Positions 1-12,496 of a DNA stretch of 64,000 bases are shown here, piece after piece (the first letter of the stretch is position 1; every line of letters begins with the position of its first letter). Origin of the DNA: Azolla caroliniana (Eukaryota; Plantae; Polypodiophyta); assembly GCA_043228905.1 (NCBI GenBank), contig JBHGNT010000011.1:434001-498000 (forward strand), in the 5' to 3' direction. The notes beneath the pieces were generated by a model, which saw only the letters and a program-made list of their open reading frames with translations, was not told where the DNA came from and searched no databases. The translations under genes and the position numbers were made by a program.

Positions 1-1234
1 CCTTGTGTACTACTGTATGTAAGGGAATGACAATATCTGCAAGATACCTTATCATTCTGCTGTGCCATCGAATTTGCCCCAAAAACCAACTGAGGGCCTT
101 AGCATTTGTGGGTGCCGGTGCTTCCAATATAGCTTTAACCTTGTCGGGGTCAACCACAATTTCCTCTTGACTGACAATATGACCTAATAATGTGCCACTA
201 GTGACCCCAAATGCACATTTTGCCGGATTTAAACTAAGTCAACCTTTCCGACATTTCTCCAAACACAGTCGTAAATGCTTGAAGTGTTCGGATTTCCGAC
301 TATAAACAGAAAAATCATCCAAAAAAACTTGCATGAATGCAGGAATATACTTCCCAAATATTTCTTGTATTACTGTTTGGAATGTGGTCGGAGCTGTCTT
401 CAGGCCAAACATCATTACGACCGCTACAAATACTACCCATTCTGTTACAAAAGCTGTTTTTTCTTGATCTTCCGGATTCATTCGAACCTGATTGTAGCCA
501 CTAAAACCATCCAAGAAACTATAAACTTCATGGCTAGCTACCGCATCTAATATACCATTCGTGAATGGCAATGGAAATGTGTTCGTCACGGTAGCCGCAT
601 TTAATTTTCGGTAATCGACACATACCCGAATTTTGCCGTTCTTTTTCGGCACCACCACAATTGGACTTAGCCATGTCGATTTTTTCACTGGACAAATAAA
701 TCCTACTTTCAAAAGTTTGTCTATTTCTTCTTTTACTTTAATAGCATAATTAGGATTTAATCGGTACCTACGTTGTTGCACCGGCTTTGCATCCTTATGT
801 AGGTTGATTTGGTGTTGACAGAAAGCTCGGTCAAGACCCTTCATATCGTCGAAAGAGCATGCAAAAACATCTTTATATTGCTTCAATAATGCCGTTAACT
901 TTTGTTTGTCATCTTCCATCATATCCTTTGCAATCAGCACTGTTTTCGATTCCTTGTCTTTTTCTCCTGCCAAATTTAGTTCTTCCAATGCTGAAGCTTG
1001 AACTCGTTGGGACACTTTCATTTCTCGGTCGGTAGCTTCTTGTTATAGTCGGATCTCCTTCATTGTTTGCTCATCTATCTGCACTTCCTCCTGGCAATCC
1101 ACATATGGTGTCAAGGCCTGCAAAATATCTACTTTGAACAAAGGAATGATTTTTGGATTATCATCAAAATACTGATTTTCTTCAACCTCATCTAATCCAT
1201 CCATCATGTTGACGGATTCTGCGTGCACAAGCAA
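1..1234 (-). pseudogene. G1 pol remnant (reverse transcriptase and start of RNase H connection), with stops
   Basis: ORF 239..1021 carries Gypsy RT motifs; it is flanked by in-family fragments broken by stops. Confidence 0.9.
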
Positions 1235-3310
1235 ACATTGTTTGCTTGTCGTAAATTTATTCTGTGTTGATACCTGAATTTTCGTTTTTCCTTTCCAAAA
1301 TGTTAGTAGATTCTGATTCCAATTCTGCTTGATGTTAGTAGTCTTTAACCATGGTTGTCCTAATAATAAGGGATATGCACCAGGGGCTTCCTAAGGAAGT
1401 ATTACTGCCGAAATTTGGAAACTATGACCTCATAATACTACATCTAGTTGTCGGAGTAAGCCAATTGGTCGTACCGTACTGGTATCTGCCATTTGTAGCC
1501 AAAATGGGCAAGCTTCCCATTTAGTAATACCTAGCCTATCACATCTCGTTTTATTAATGACATTCACTCCTAAGCCACCATCAACAATAACATTTTCTAT
1601 TTCTTGGCCATGAATGATTACTTTAATCGATGGATTTTGCTCATCAATGATTGAAGGGCTATTACTTGGTTGACTATAATGGACTGATACTTGTTTCGAC
1701 TCTTTTTGGGCAATCAATGACATCACCTTCTCAGTAAACCTAAGAACTAACTTGAGTAATCCGGTCAATGGTAATGATACTTGGCAATCTGCCAAGATCT
1801 TCCAAGTTTCCTCTTGTTTTGGTACCATTATTGCTCCTGGTAATTCAGTATTTTGATTAATTTCATTGTCGTGTAGCATCCGATCTACGTTACTTTGATT
1901 TGCTTCCTTAACCCATTCCTTGGCTGCTTTTCGGATTGCTTCTTGGATTTCCCACCCCGATTGTTTGCTTTTACTCCTAGTGGTGACTTGTTGTATTTCG
2001 AGTGTTAACGATATTAACCGCCGGACCTTTACCTTTAGCCGGACATTGATTGGCATAATGACCCGTTTGATGGCAAATATAGTAAGTAGGAACAAATGTT
2101 CCACTTCCTTCACCTTGCACAAATTGATTATTATTATTCCCTTCGTTGTGCATAAACTGTTGAACATCATTTACATTAGAAGTCGGCGTTTGCTGAAACT
2201 GACGTGAAGCTTTCAGTTTGTAGACTTTCTTATTTTTGTACCAATTTTGTTTAAATTGTCCTCCATTTTGATGTTGCTGATGCATATTCTGTGCCGCCAA
2301 GAATTTGTGATTTTGTTGAAAATTATTTTGTTGAAACTCCTAATTGTACGGAAAACTATTTTGCTGGAAGGCCTGATTATTTAAATGAAAGATCGGATTA
2401 CTCTATTGAAAAGCTTGATTTGGTTGAAAGGTCGGATTATTTTGTTGAAAGGCTTGATTCGGCTGAAAAGTCTGATTATTCTGTTGAAACGCTTGATTCG
2501 GCTGAAAACTATTTTGTTGATTTTGCTGAAAGTTATTCTGTTGGTAACCATTATTAAATAAATTGTGGTTATTTTGGTACCCATTTTCCACAAAAATTTG
2601 CCTTACCGGCGCCATCGTTTTGTTGAGCAAGTTATACTCACATTGCTCGACCAAATGAAGTTTAGAATGACATATTGTGCAATGTGTTCGTAAACTGCAT
2701 TCAATCGCCGAATGACACGTATTTAAACTAGTACACTAAACTCCTTGTCGAAATCGTAACTCCTCCATCGTTCGCAATGTACGATGCAGTGCTTACATAT
2801 CCATACTCTGCACATTGATCGGCGGTCGGCCCAATTCAATTGCCTTATCAATTACTTGCTCGATATTCTGATTCCGGAAATTTAACACCTTTAGTGTTGT
2901 TCGTAATGGTTCCCGAATTGCTTCGAGAAATACATCCTTCAATTCGTTATCCAGAATGGGCCTGGAAATTTGAAGTTGTAAAATTTGAGAACGGATCACA
3001 AATTGAGATACCGTTTCATGCATCCTAATACAACGCATAAAATTGTGCTATCAAATCCTTCTGTGGTATCTGACGATGAAACAACTGCAGAAATTTGGTG
3101 ATCAATTGGTCAAATGTTTCGAACCCTTAGAGACCATTCTGCGCAAACCAATTAGTGGAATACCCATCCAATGACAATACAAACTCAGCAATCTTAGACT
3201 TATCCTCGGGTACCGCTAATAGTCTCTAAGCTCCATGGTTAATCTCCCATGTTGTGGAAATCCCTAACATGCGCTTCTCCATTAGCTCCCTCTCGGAACT
3301 TAGAATACGG
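1235..3310 (-). pseudogene. G1 gag-protease remnant, including a Q/N-rich tandem repeat (about 2380-2540, NQAFQQNNQTFQP units)
   Basis: ORFs 1430..2170 (VIVDGGLGVNVI), 1977..2300 (CHQTGHYANQCP), 2403..2654 and 2793..3038 are homologous to G2 ORF 61351..62550 and to the G2 gag region upstream of it. Confidence 0.8.
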
Positions 3311-4070
3311 TGTCGCAAAGTTCCGCGGGTACGTGTAGGATCCGAGGTGGGACCGCGAAGGTCTTGGACTAGGAAGTAGAGGAGAAGGAGTAAGACATGA
3401 AATAGGAGCTTAGCTCAAGAGGAGAAGAGAAAGAATAGGACATAAGCATAGACAAAAGGAGATGGAAGCAAGATATTCAACAAGTTATATTAAAATAGAA
3501 GAATGATTACAACAATGGTGGCTGCATAGGCCGCACCAAATGAAATAAGAAAACCCTAACCAACTAAGTAAGAAGAAGATGAATAAGAAAACCCTAACCC
3601 TAAATCGAAATGGGAAGAAGAAGAAGACTAGAACTCAGTGGTATACCTCACTCACACTCAAAAATAGGCCACCCTTTCAAACGTGACCCCTCCCTCCCTT
3701 TTATAGATGTAAGGGGTGAGGCACAATACAAGATTAGTCAAATCCCCTTCTCCTTTTTCAAAGGAGAATATTTTATCTCGATCTTGAGACTGTTAGCCAT
3801 AACTCCCACTCCCCCCTAGCCGTCCTACTCAATACCCATCACTCCCTTACACTTATTCTTTATGTACCTCTCCCTAGTCTACAAGTGCACATCGACCTTA
3901 TGCCTCTACGAATTCCGTGGTGCACCTTTCGCACCTTAGATTATTCCCCTTTTTCTTACATTTTTCTATCTTATTCTTATTACACAAATATACAAGTGCA
4001 TGTGCACATGTTGCACACCACCGATTTGCCCATTCTATCCCGGTTTCACTGCGTGGCCGGAAATCTTCAC
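3311..4070 (-). repeat. Element A 3' LTR (last 4 nt lost in a deletion that fuses it to the B1 LTR)
   Basis: Aligns along its length with 27060-27816. Confidence 0.9.
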
Positions 4071-4253
4071 TGACCGAAGTACTGACAGTACTTCAATGCT
4101 CATCAAGAGCTCCTACACTAACTCCTAAATATATTCCTCACGGAATATCTTTCCTAACGACCTCCCGGTTTACGCACTCGGCTTAACCGATCGGTCCCAA
4201 CCGATCCGTTCCTCGGCTTCTTCAGCCGATCCAGCCGATGTTGAGCTTGTCTC

Positions 4254-7200
4254 TCAACACTCCCCCTCAAGCTCAACTTGAGGCTCTTCGGGATCTTCAC
4301 AGTACCGGTTCCTCCTGGCTTCTCGCCTCGCTCGTGCTCCTCGACCTGTTCGACTCCGCGCGCTTCGATCCTTCCAGTCGGCTTGTCTGCTCATGTGGCC
4401 CTTATCAGCTCTTCTGTTGTTGTGGTGTTGACGCTTCTCCTGCTGCCTTTTCTTCCGCTTGGGCCTCGGTTGATTTAGCGTATCTGAATCAAATATCCGA
4501 ACTAACTCGGCTACCTCCGATCGGTTTCCTCTCTCGTCCGAGTTGGTTGTCTCCAACTTGTCTTCAGTCTTCTTGCCCTCGATGGCGTAATCTACCCCAT
4601 GCGTGGTTGGCATCGGCTCTCTCCTTCGGCTGCTCCCCTTTTGTCCTCTTCCGAACTTTTCTGCGGGTCCACCCTCGGCTTCTTCAGCCGATCCAAAGTC
4701 GCGCTCGGCTTCTTCAGCCGATCCGAAGTCAAACTCGACAAATGAGTTAATCGACTCGGTGGTGTCGCGGTCTCCGCTCCTTTCCTGTTGCCTTGCTTGG
4801 TCGTTCGGGACTGTTCTCCCCCTCAAGTTTGGCACGTCGAGGTGACCCAATCCGAGCGCACCGGAGAATTGCCGCAACTTGTCCAGACCAAGGGGCTTAG
4901 TGAAGATGTCGGCAGTCTGCCGATCTGTCGGAACGTACTGAAGTTTGACTTCACCGGAAAGGACACGCTCACGGAGGAAATGGTAGTGCACCTCAATGTG
5001 CTTGGTTCGTGCGTGAAAAACGGGGTTTTTTGCGAGCTGGATGCTGCTGAGGTTGTTGCAGTAGATCGTCGTCGGATCTGACACCTCCTCTTGCAGGTCC
5101 TTAAGTAGCCGCTTCAACCATATGGCTTCGCATGTCGCGACAGCCGTTCCTCGGTACTCAGCTTCGGTGCTCGACAGTGCAATTGTCGGCTGCTTCTTAC
5201 TGCTCCACGCGATCGGGGCACTCCCGAGGGAGAACGCGTATCCGGACGTGGATCGGCAATCGGCGGCGTTGCCAGCCCAATCAACATCGGTGTAGCCGAC
5301 TAACTACGCGGCTGCACCGGTCCGATATAGCAGTCCCCGGTCCTTAGTGCCGTTGACATACCGAAGTATGCGTTGCGCACACTGAAGGTGCTCCTCGGTA
5401 GGTCGCGCCATGAACTAACTGATCACCCCGACCGGAGAACTGAGGTCGGGTCGGGTGAAGGTCAAGTATATGAGGCTTCTGACAATTTGGCGGAACCTCG
5501 TCGGGTCGCATACCTTTCCCATATCGGGACGAAGCTTGACGGTTCTGTCCAGAGGAGTCGAGACGGACTTACAGTCGGCCATCCCGAGTTTGAAGAGCAT
5601 ACCCAGCACGTAATGTCGTTGGCTGATCAATATGCCTTCGGGGGTACGGATCACTTCGATCCTGAGGAAGTCATGAAGGTCCCCTAGATCCTTGATGTCG
5701 AACGATGCCGCAAGCTGGAGCTTCACGCGGTCGATTTCACCTAGGTCGGCGCCGGTTATGACCAAGTCATCAACATATAATAAAATACTAACCGGTCCGA
5801 GTTGACCTTTTCGGATGAACAGGGAAGAGTCCGATTTGGACGTGACGAAGCCCATCTGACGTAGTTGTTGCGTGATCTTCGTGCTCTAGGCACGCGGGGC
5901 TTGCTTGAGTCCGTAAAGGGACTTCTTCAGTCGGCATACTGCCGAGGAGTTCGTTCCGGAGTGAAATCCGGGGGGCTCTACCATGTACAGCTGTTCCTCA
6001 AGGTCACCTTGCAGGAATGCATTCTTTACATCCATCTGATGTAAGTGCCACCCATTCGCCGCAGCTACTGCGAGCAAAACACGGACAGTTGTCATTTTCG
6101 CAACTGACGCAAACATCTCATCGTAGTCAATGCCGTGTTTCTGCGCGTAGCCCTTTGCCACTAGCCTAGCCTTGTACCGGTTGACCGAGCTATCGGTGTT
6201 GTACTTGACCTTGTATACCCACCTACACCCGATCAGTTTTACCCCTATTGGTGCGTCAACCAGGTCCTAGGTCTTGTTCTCCGCCAATGCATGCATCTCT
6301 TCCTCCATCGCGGCACGCCAATTCGCGTCCTTCGTCGCTTCTGCGTAGCTCTCCGGCTCACGCACTTCCGCTACACGGGTCATGTGCGCATAATGATGCG
6401 CCATGTACTCGTTGTATTCGAACCGCAAAACAGGGTTCTTATGGCGGGTAGATCGGCGTAATCTCACATTAGCCGATGTCAAGGCCTTCTCGGTCGACGC
6501 GGTCTTCACCTTTACAGACCCGTCACCGGTTCCCTCGGAGTCGGACTCGCGTCGGTCTGACTCATTCCTATCCGTGCCGGAATCCGTTTCTCTTTGCGCG
6601 TAAGCTGTCTCCTCGGCTTCCTACGCGGGGAATGCACGGCCGAGTCTCCACTACTGGCCGGCTCTTCAGCGGACTGGTTGTACCGACTCAGTCGTCCAAT
6701 CGGTCCACTTAACCGGAGTGAAATCGGACTCTCTTCGCGGGTCTCGATTTTGGTCATCCGGAGGCATCTCGGCCTTGCTGACCTGATCGTCAGAACACGG
6801 ACTGGACTCGGGGCTCGGAGTCGGGGGCTGGTACCAGGACACGGACTCGTCAAACACAACGTCACGGCTAACACGCGCTTGTTTGGTGCGAGGGTTATAG
6901 CACTTATAACCCTTCTGCTCGTCCAAGTAACCGATCAAGATGCACTTCTCGGCCTTTGCATCCAGCTTCCTCCTTTTCTCCTTCGGTATATGCACATACG
7001 CAATGCTACCGAACACCCTCAAGTGTCGCAAGTTCGACTTCGTTCCGAAATATAGCTCGTGCGCCGACACTTTGTCTCCGATCCAGTTCTGGATGTATAC
7101 CGCGATCCTTACCGCCTCGGCCCAGTAGAACTTGGGCAACCTCTTGTCCTCCAGCATTGCCCGTGCCGCTTCCACAATCGACCGGTTCTTTCTCTCGGCC

Positions 7201-8287
7201 ACAACGTTTTGCTCTGGCATGTATCTACAACTGAATTCGCGGCGACTTCCCATTTGTTGTAGGTAACCGTTCAATTGACCGGAAAAGTACTCTTTCCCGC
7301 CATCCGACCGCAGGCACTTGATCTTTCGTCCCATTTCCGTTTCCACGAACCCTTTGAGGTCCCGAAAGCACTCGAAGACTTCGCTCTTCCTCTCAATGAG
7401 GTAGATCCACGTGTGCCACATGTGGTCGTCAATGAAGGAAACGAAATATCAGCTCCCACCAAGACTAACGTTTTGTGTCGGCCCCCATACATCGGAGTGT
7501 ATAAGGTCGAGCTTATTCCGACTCCGGTTTCGCTCGTTTGGGAAAGGAAGTTAGTGTTGCTTCCCGAGAGGGCAGGCTTCACAAATTTGTGCCTTTTGGC
7601 CACTAAATTTGGGCAATCCGAATACTACCTGTTTCGATTCCAGATCTTGAAGCCGTTGGTGGTTGACGTGGCCTATCCGCTTGTGCCACAAGTCGATGTC
7701 CGACTCGGTGTTTTGTCCCTTCGCGAATATTGCGGTGCCGCCGTTAGTGGAGTCGAGGATGAACATCCTCCCGTCTCTGCGCCCTTGCGCAATCACACGG
7801 CCTTCTTCCTCAATGAAGCACCCGAGGTGTGTAAACCGAACCTCCATCCCTTGGTCGACGATCTATCCGACCGAGACCAAGTTTTTCGTGATTGTTGGGA
7901 CGTGCAGCACGTTCATGAGTTTCCCTTTCTGCCCGACATGGCTAAGGGGAACTTCTCCGACATTCGCGATCGGATGCGGAGTGTCGTCTCCAGTTGCGAC
8001 TACTCCAGGTTGTATCGGTTTTTCAAGGTACGAGAACCACTCCTTATGGCTCGTCATGTGGTTTGATGCGTCGGAGTCTACGTACCACACCTCGTCCGAT
8101 CTCGGGGTGGTCTGTTTCATTGAGTTTGCTTCGTGTCTCGTCACGAAGGTAGTGCCTTCTCCGGCTCTCCCGGAGTCTTCGGCGTAGTGCGATCGCTGCC
8201 GATTTCCCTTGGGGGTATGTCTGGAGCCGTTCCCGGAACCAGTTCTCTCCGAATCGGCGCGCTTCTTCCAGCACTCACTTTCCCTAT
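4254..8287 (-). pseudogene. B1 pol (PR-INT-RT-RH plus C-terminal extension), multiple stops and frameshifts
   Basis: ORFs 7863..8144, 7551..7847, 6666..7421, 6267..6509, 5886..6161, 5415..5855 and 4254..5117 ([13 protein letters not shown]). Confidence 0.92.
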
Positions 8288-8838
8288 TGTCGTGACTCTT
8301 GAGTAGGAAGCAGAGAGAGAGAGAGAGATGGCGATAGAGATAACGATAACGATAGAGATGGCGAGAGCGGTAGAGATAGCGATAGTGATAGAAAGAGAGT
8401 GAAAGAGGGAGAGAGTGCGAGAGAGAGAAAAGTATAAGTGAGAGATAAGAAATGGGAATGCGATTATATTATGAGAAAGAAGATTACAAGGAGTAGGCTA
8501 AGGGCTAAAGACTGGTGTTGAACCGAATGAGTTGTGATGAGTGTATGGACTCTTATTTATAGGCCCTTATGGAGTATTCTAGAATGTTCTAGAATATTTT
8601 AGATATTTATGAATAATAATAATAATAAATATAATCATGAAATATTCAAGAACATTCTAGAATAATCTAGAATGTTCTAAATATCTCGTAATAACTAAAC
8701 ATATAATTATTATGATTACATCTCACATATGTTATTACAATGGTTAAAGTACAATATATAAACCAAGAGGTTATGGGTTCGATTCCTGGTTCGCCAAGAT
8801 GAATGTCATGATAAGCCAAGATGTATGTCTTCATGACA
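8288..8838 (-). repeat. Chromovirus copy 1 3' LTR
   Basis: Direct repeat of 13673-14221, differing mainly in the (AG)n tract. Confidence 0.96.
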
Positions 8839-11800
8839 TTATCCCCCCTTTTCGATGACGAGTTGCACGAGTCGGAAGAAAAGAGTTCAGACTTGGTTTA
8901 TGAGGATATTGGTTGTGAAATGCAACAACCATGTCGGAGGCATTGGCAAGATGTTCGGCAGGCTCCCATGTTCGATCATTAGGTGTATAGCCTAACCAAT
9001 CAACCAAGTAGTATAGTTTGTTGCGAATGATCTTGGAGTCGAGGATAGCGGCAACCTCATATTCAGAGCCATTGGAAACGTCAATTGGAGGTGGGGGAGG
9101 TGTAACACGACCCGGAATAGAGCTCGTTGTGTAAGGCTCCAAAAGTGAAACATGGAAGACCGGGTGAAGACGCATATGAGGAGGAAGATCAAGACGAAAT
9201 GTCACATCATTGATCTTACCACTTATGACATATGGGCCAAAACGTTGATAATCCAATTTGTAGCAAGGTCGGGTCGTTTTAATGCTACCTTGTAAGAGCC
9301 ATACACGATCGCCTACTTGAAATGTAGTCGATGAATCACGCCGATGACGGTCAGCAATCTTCTTTTGAGTGTTTTGGGCTTCACATAAATGATGCAAAAG
9401 CATATCCTGAACTTCTTGGAGTCGAGTGAGCCGATCTTCAGCAGCTGGGTTTTTTGGGAGTTCAGGATGTTCAAGCATCGTCCAACGAGGATGGTACCCA
9501 ATGTTTGCAAAAAATGGGGAATATCCAGTAGAAGAATGCTCGGAGTTGTTATAAGCAAATTCTGCCAAAGGTAGTAAATCCACCCAATCATCTTGTTGAT
9601 AGTTGACAAAACGTAGATATTGCTCGACTGTTTGGTTGGTGCGCTCACTCTGCCCATTAGTCTCTGGATGGTAGCCGGAAGAGAGTTTACAAGAAGTATG
9701 TAAGAGTCTGAACATGTGCCGCCAAAATTTCGAGATGAATTGGGGACCCCGATCACTGATAATATCATCCGGAAGACCATGATGGCGAAACACCTCCCGC
9801 ATGAGTAAATCAGCTGTCTCTTGACTAGTAATGGTCTTTGTGCATGGAAGGAAATGTGCCATCTTCGTAAAACGATCGACAACAGTGAGAATCGAATCAA
9901 ATCCCTTGGAAGGTGGAAGATCCGTAATAAAGTCCAAGGAAATAGATTTCCATGGGCTCTCCGGAATAGGCATTGGCTGTAATAAGCCATATGGATGATG
10001 TCGAGGTTTTTTTGATCGGCAACATGTATCACAGCTACGAACATAATCCGTAACAAAATGGCGAAGCCGTGGCCACCAATATCGGCGAGAAATCAACTCA
10101 AAAGTCTTGTGGATGCCGAAGTGTCCCGCCATTGGTGTGTCATGACATTGTTGCATGACTTTGAGTCGAGAAGGACCGTCAGGCACATACAAGAGAGTTT
10201 GTCGAAAAAGTAACCCATCATGCCAACTAAACTGGGTGTAGTCTAGACGAGGATTTTGAGTTTGGGAGCTAGATGCACGATTTGGGATAATATGGCTCAA
10301 AACCTCTTGGGCGAACGCATCAGTCGCAATCTGCTCACGAATGGAATCAAGAAGCCTTGAATCTCCCGGTGTGTTGATGGTATGCATTGCCATTATTCGT
10401 AGACGATCAGGACCTAAGAGGATTTGCTTTTGGCTTTCAAATGCGGCCTCTCCAGGTTGAAGTTCCATATACGAACGTCTAGATAAAGCATCTGCTTTTC
10501 CTTGTTGCATCCCAGGGCGATATAGAATTACAAAATCGAAACGAGTTAAGAACTGCGCCCAACGAGCTTGTCGTCGATTCAAGACTCGAGCACTTTGAAA
10601 GTATGTTAGATTTTTATGATCATTGTAGACAATAATCTGCTGAGAAGAACCCTCCAGAAAATGACGCCATTGTTGAAAAGAATCCACAATGGCAAGAAGC
10701 TCTTTGTCGTGAATCTCATAGTTGATTTCTGCGGCTTCAAATTTTCGTGAGTGAAAAGCCACCGGGTGCAGTTCACCATCATCACCAATTTGGGATAGTA
10801 CACTTCCGAGTGCGAAATCCGATGCATCAGCTTCAAGTATAAAGCGCCTCATTGGATCGACATGGATTAAGATTGGTGCGGATGTAAATGCTTGCTTTAA
10901 ACCCTCAAATGCAGAGTTCGCATCTATACTCCATACAAATGATCGATTCTTGTGCGTCAGTTGAGTGAGGGGCAACACAATTTTTGAATAGTCTTTGATG
11001 AACTTGCGATAAAAGTTTGCGAACCCCAAAAAACATTGCACATCTCGCACGGACTGTGGTGTTTGCCAATCCAAAATTGTTTGAACCTTTGATGGATCCA
11101 TAGAGATGCCATTTGAAGAGACTATGTACCCCAAAAACTCCACTTGACGTTGGTCGAAACTACACTTCTCCAATTTTGCATAGAGACCATACTCTCGTAG
11201 CCGTTGCAAAACTTGGCGAACATGTATATCATGTTCTTCTTGAGTTTTTGAGTAGATCAAGATATCATCCAGGTAAACAATGATGAAGATATCGAGGAAG
11301 TCTCGAAAAATATCATTCGCCATATGTTGGAAGACTGCTGGTGCATTCGTGAGGCCAAAAGGCATCACTGTGTACTCAAAATGACCATAGCGAGTGCGGA
11401 ATGCCGTCTTCCATTCATCCCCAGGACGAATTCGAACAAGGTTGTAGGCACCTCGAAGATCTAACTTCGTGAAATACTTTGCTTCACTGAGGCGTTCTAG
11501 AAGGCTTGAGATCAATGGGAGAGCATATCGGTTTCTAACGGTCACTTTATTCAAGCCTCGATAATCCACGACCATACGAAGCGTACCATCTTTCTTCTTA
11601 ACGAAAAAGATGGGTGCACCAGCAGGAGATTTTGAATGTTGGATAAAACCATTTGCCAAGTTCTCATTGATATATTCTCGAAGAACCTCTAACTCCGTGG
11701 GCGAAAGATTATAAATTGGTCCCCATGGAGGCTCTTTTCCTGGGTGCAAATCAATTGGGCAATCATATGGTCGATGCTCTGGTAGTCTATTAGCCTTCAC

Positions 11801-12496
11801 CTTATCGAACACATCGGAGAATTCTATGTACTTCTTTGGTAGTTGGACCCCCAATTCTTGTGAGCTAGATGAGGGAGTTGCTAAAACCGCAAATACCATC
11901 ATGTCTTCCTTTCTTCCATCCTCTCGTAAGTGATGTATAGAGATTGTTGAAATTGTGGGGGATCCTAGATCCTTAGTTGGAGCTTCAAGAGACTTGGATT
12001 GTACGGTGACCTCTTCAATAGTTCTTTTTCTCCAATCAATGGTTGGGTTATGTAACTCAAACCAAGGAAGACCAAGAACTAGAGAGTGCTCCGGACTACT
12101 AATGATGTTAAATGAGATGACACTAGCCAAATTACCTAGGACTACACGAATTGGTTCAGACTCTTCGACTATATCTCCTGATGCTATAGGGCGACCATCG
12201 ATGACTCCTACAGCTACTGGGTTTGGGAGTTTTTTCAAGATGATGTTTTGAGTCAATGCAAACTCGCGATCCATGAAACAAGAATTGGCTCCGGAATCTA
12301 GGAGGGCAGAGGCTAGGGCGCGATGACCTGTAGATGTGCTAAGCTCGACTTGTGTAGAAAAAACTCTACTAACTTGATTTGATGAAATGGAACCACAACT
12401 AGGTACTGACTCTACATAACTAGGATGGTCCAACCAAATGGCTCCTATTTTGGCCGGACTTATTCGTTTAACACATCCTCTAATTGGCTCAAGACA
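8831..12496 (-). CDS. pol: Chromovirus Pol (protease, RT, RNase H, integrase, chromodomain), probably expressed as Gag-Pol by -1 frameshift
   Basis: ORF 8831..12433: LLDSGA (PR), YLDDILIYS (RT), EADASDFA (RH), HHCC and D,D,E integrase, C-terminal EYEVAAILD...YLVDWLGY...TWEP chromodomain. The frame stays open upstream to 12496, overlapping the gag end. Confidence 0.95.
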   Translation of the reverse strand, partial: CLEPIRGCVKRISPAKIGAIWLDHPSYVESVPSCGSISSNQVSRVFSTQVELSTSTGHRALASALLDSGANSCFMDREFALTQNIILKKLPNPVAVGVIDGRPIASGDIVEESEPIRVVLGNLASVISFNIISSPEHSLVLGLPWFELHNPTIDWRKRTIEEVTVQSKSLEAPTKDLGSPTISTISIHHLREDGRKEDMMVFAVLATPSSSSQELGVQLPKKYIEFSDVFDKVKANRLPEHRPYDCPIDLHPGKEPPWGPIYNLSPTELEVLREYINENLANGFIQHSKSPAGAPIFFVKKKDGTLRMVVDYRGLNKVTVRNRYALPLISSLLERLSEAKYFTKLDLRGAYNLVRIRPGDEWKTAFRTRYGHFEYTVMPFGLTNAPAVFQHMANDIFRDFLDIFIIVYLDDILIYSKTQEEHDIHVRQVLQRLREYGLYAKLEKCSFDQRQVEFLGYIVSSNGISMDPSKVQTILDWQTPQSVRDVQCFLGFANFYRKFIKDYSKIVLPLTQLTHKNRSFVWSIDANSAFEGLKQAFTSAPILIHVDPMRRFILEADASDFALGSVLSQIGDDGELHPVAFHSRKFEAAEINYEIHDKELLAIVDSFQQWRHFLEGSSQQIIVYNDHKNLTYFQSARVLNRRQARWAQFLTRFDFVILYRPGMQQGKADALSRRSYMELQPGEAAFESQKQILLGPDRLRIMAMHTINTPGDSRLLDSIREQIATDAFAQEVLSHIIPNRASSSQTQNPRLDYTQFSWHDGLLFRQTLLYVPDGPSRLKVMQQCHDTPMAGHFGIHKTFELISRRYWWPRLRHFVTDYVRSCDTCCRSKKPRHHPYGLLQPMPIPESPWKSISLDFITDLPPSKGFDSILTVVDRFTKMAHFLPCTKTITSQETADLLMREVFRHHGLPDDIISDRGPQFISKFWRHMFRLLHTSCKLSSGYHPETNGQSERTNQTVEQYLRFVNYQQDDWVDLLPLAEFAYNNSEHSSTGYSPFFANIGYHPRWTMLEHPELPKNPAAEDRLTRLQEVQDMLLHHLCEAQNTQKKIADRHRRDSSTTFQVGDRVWLLQGSIKTTRPCYKLDYQRFGPYVISGKINDVTFRLDLPPHMRLHPVFHVSLLEPYTTSSIPGRVTPPPPPIDVSNGSEYEVAAILDSKIIRNKLYYLVDWLGYTPNDRTWEPAEHLANASDMVVAFHNQYPHKPSLNSFLPTRATRHRKGGIMS
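12422..12472 (-). promoter_or_regulatory. Putative -1 ribosomal frameshift signal (G_UUA_AAC, 6-nt spacer, 11-bp stem-loop)
   Basis: Heptamer at 12466-12472 in gag frame; stem arms GTCCGGCCAAA (12449-12459) and TTTGGTTGGAC (12428-12438); pol is in the -1 frame. Confidence 0.7.

Noticed and set aside
7275-8066. 263-aa plus-strand ORF repeated at 19726..20517
   Set aside because: Antisense shadow of the Copia integrase in two close copies; no independent motif.
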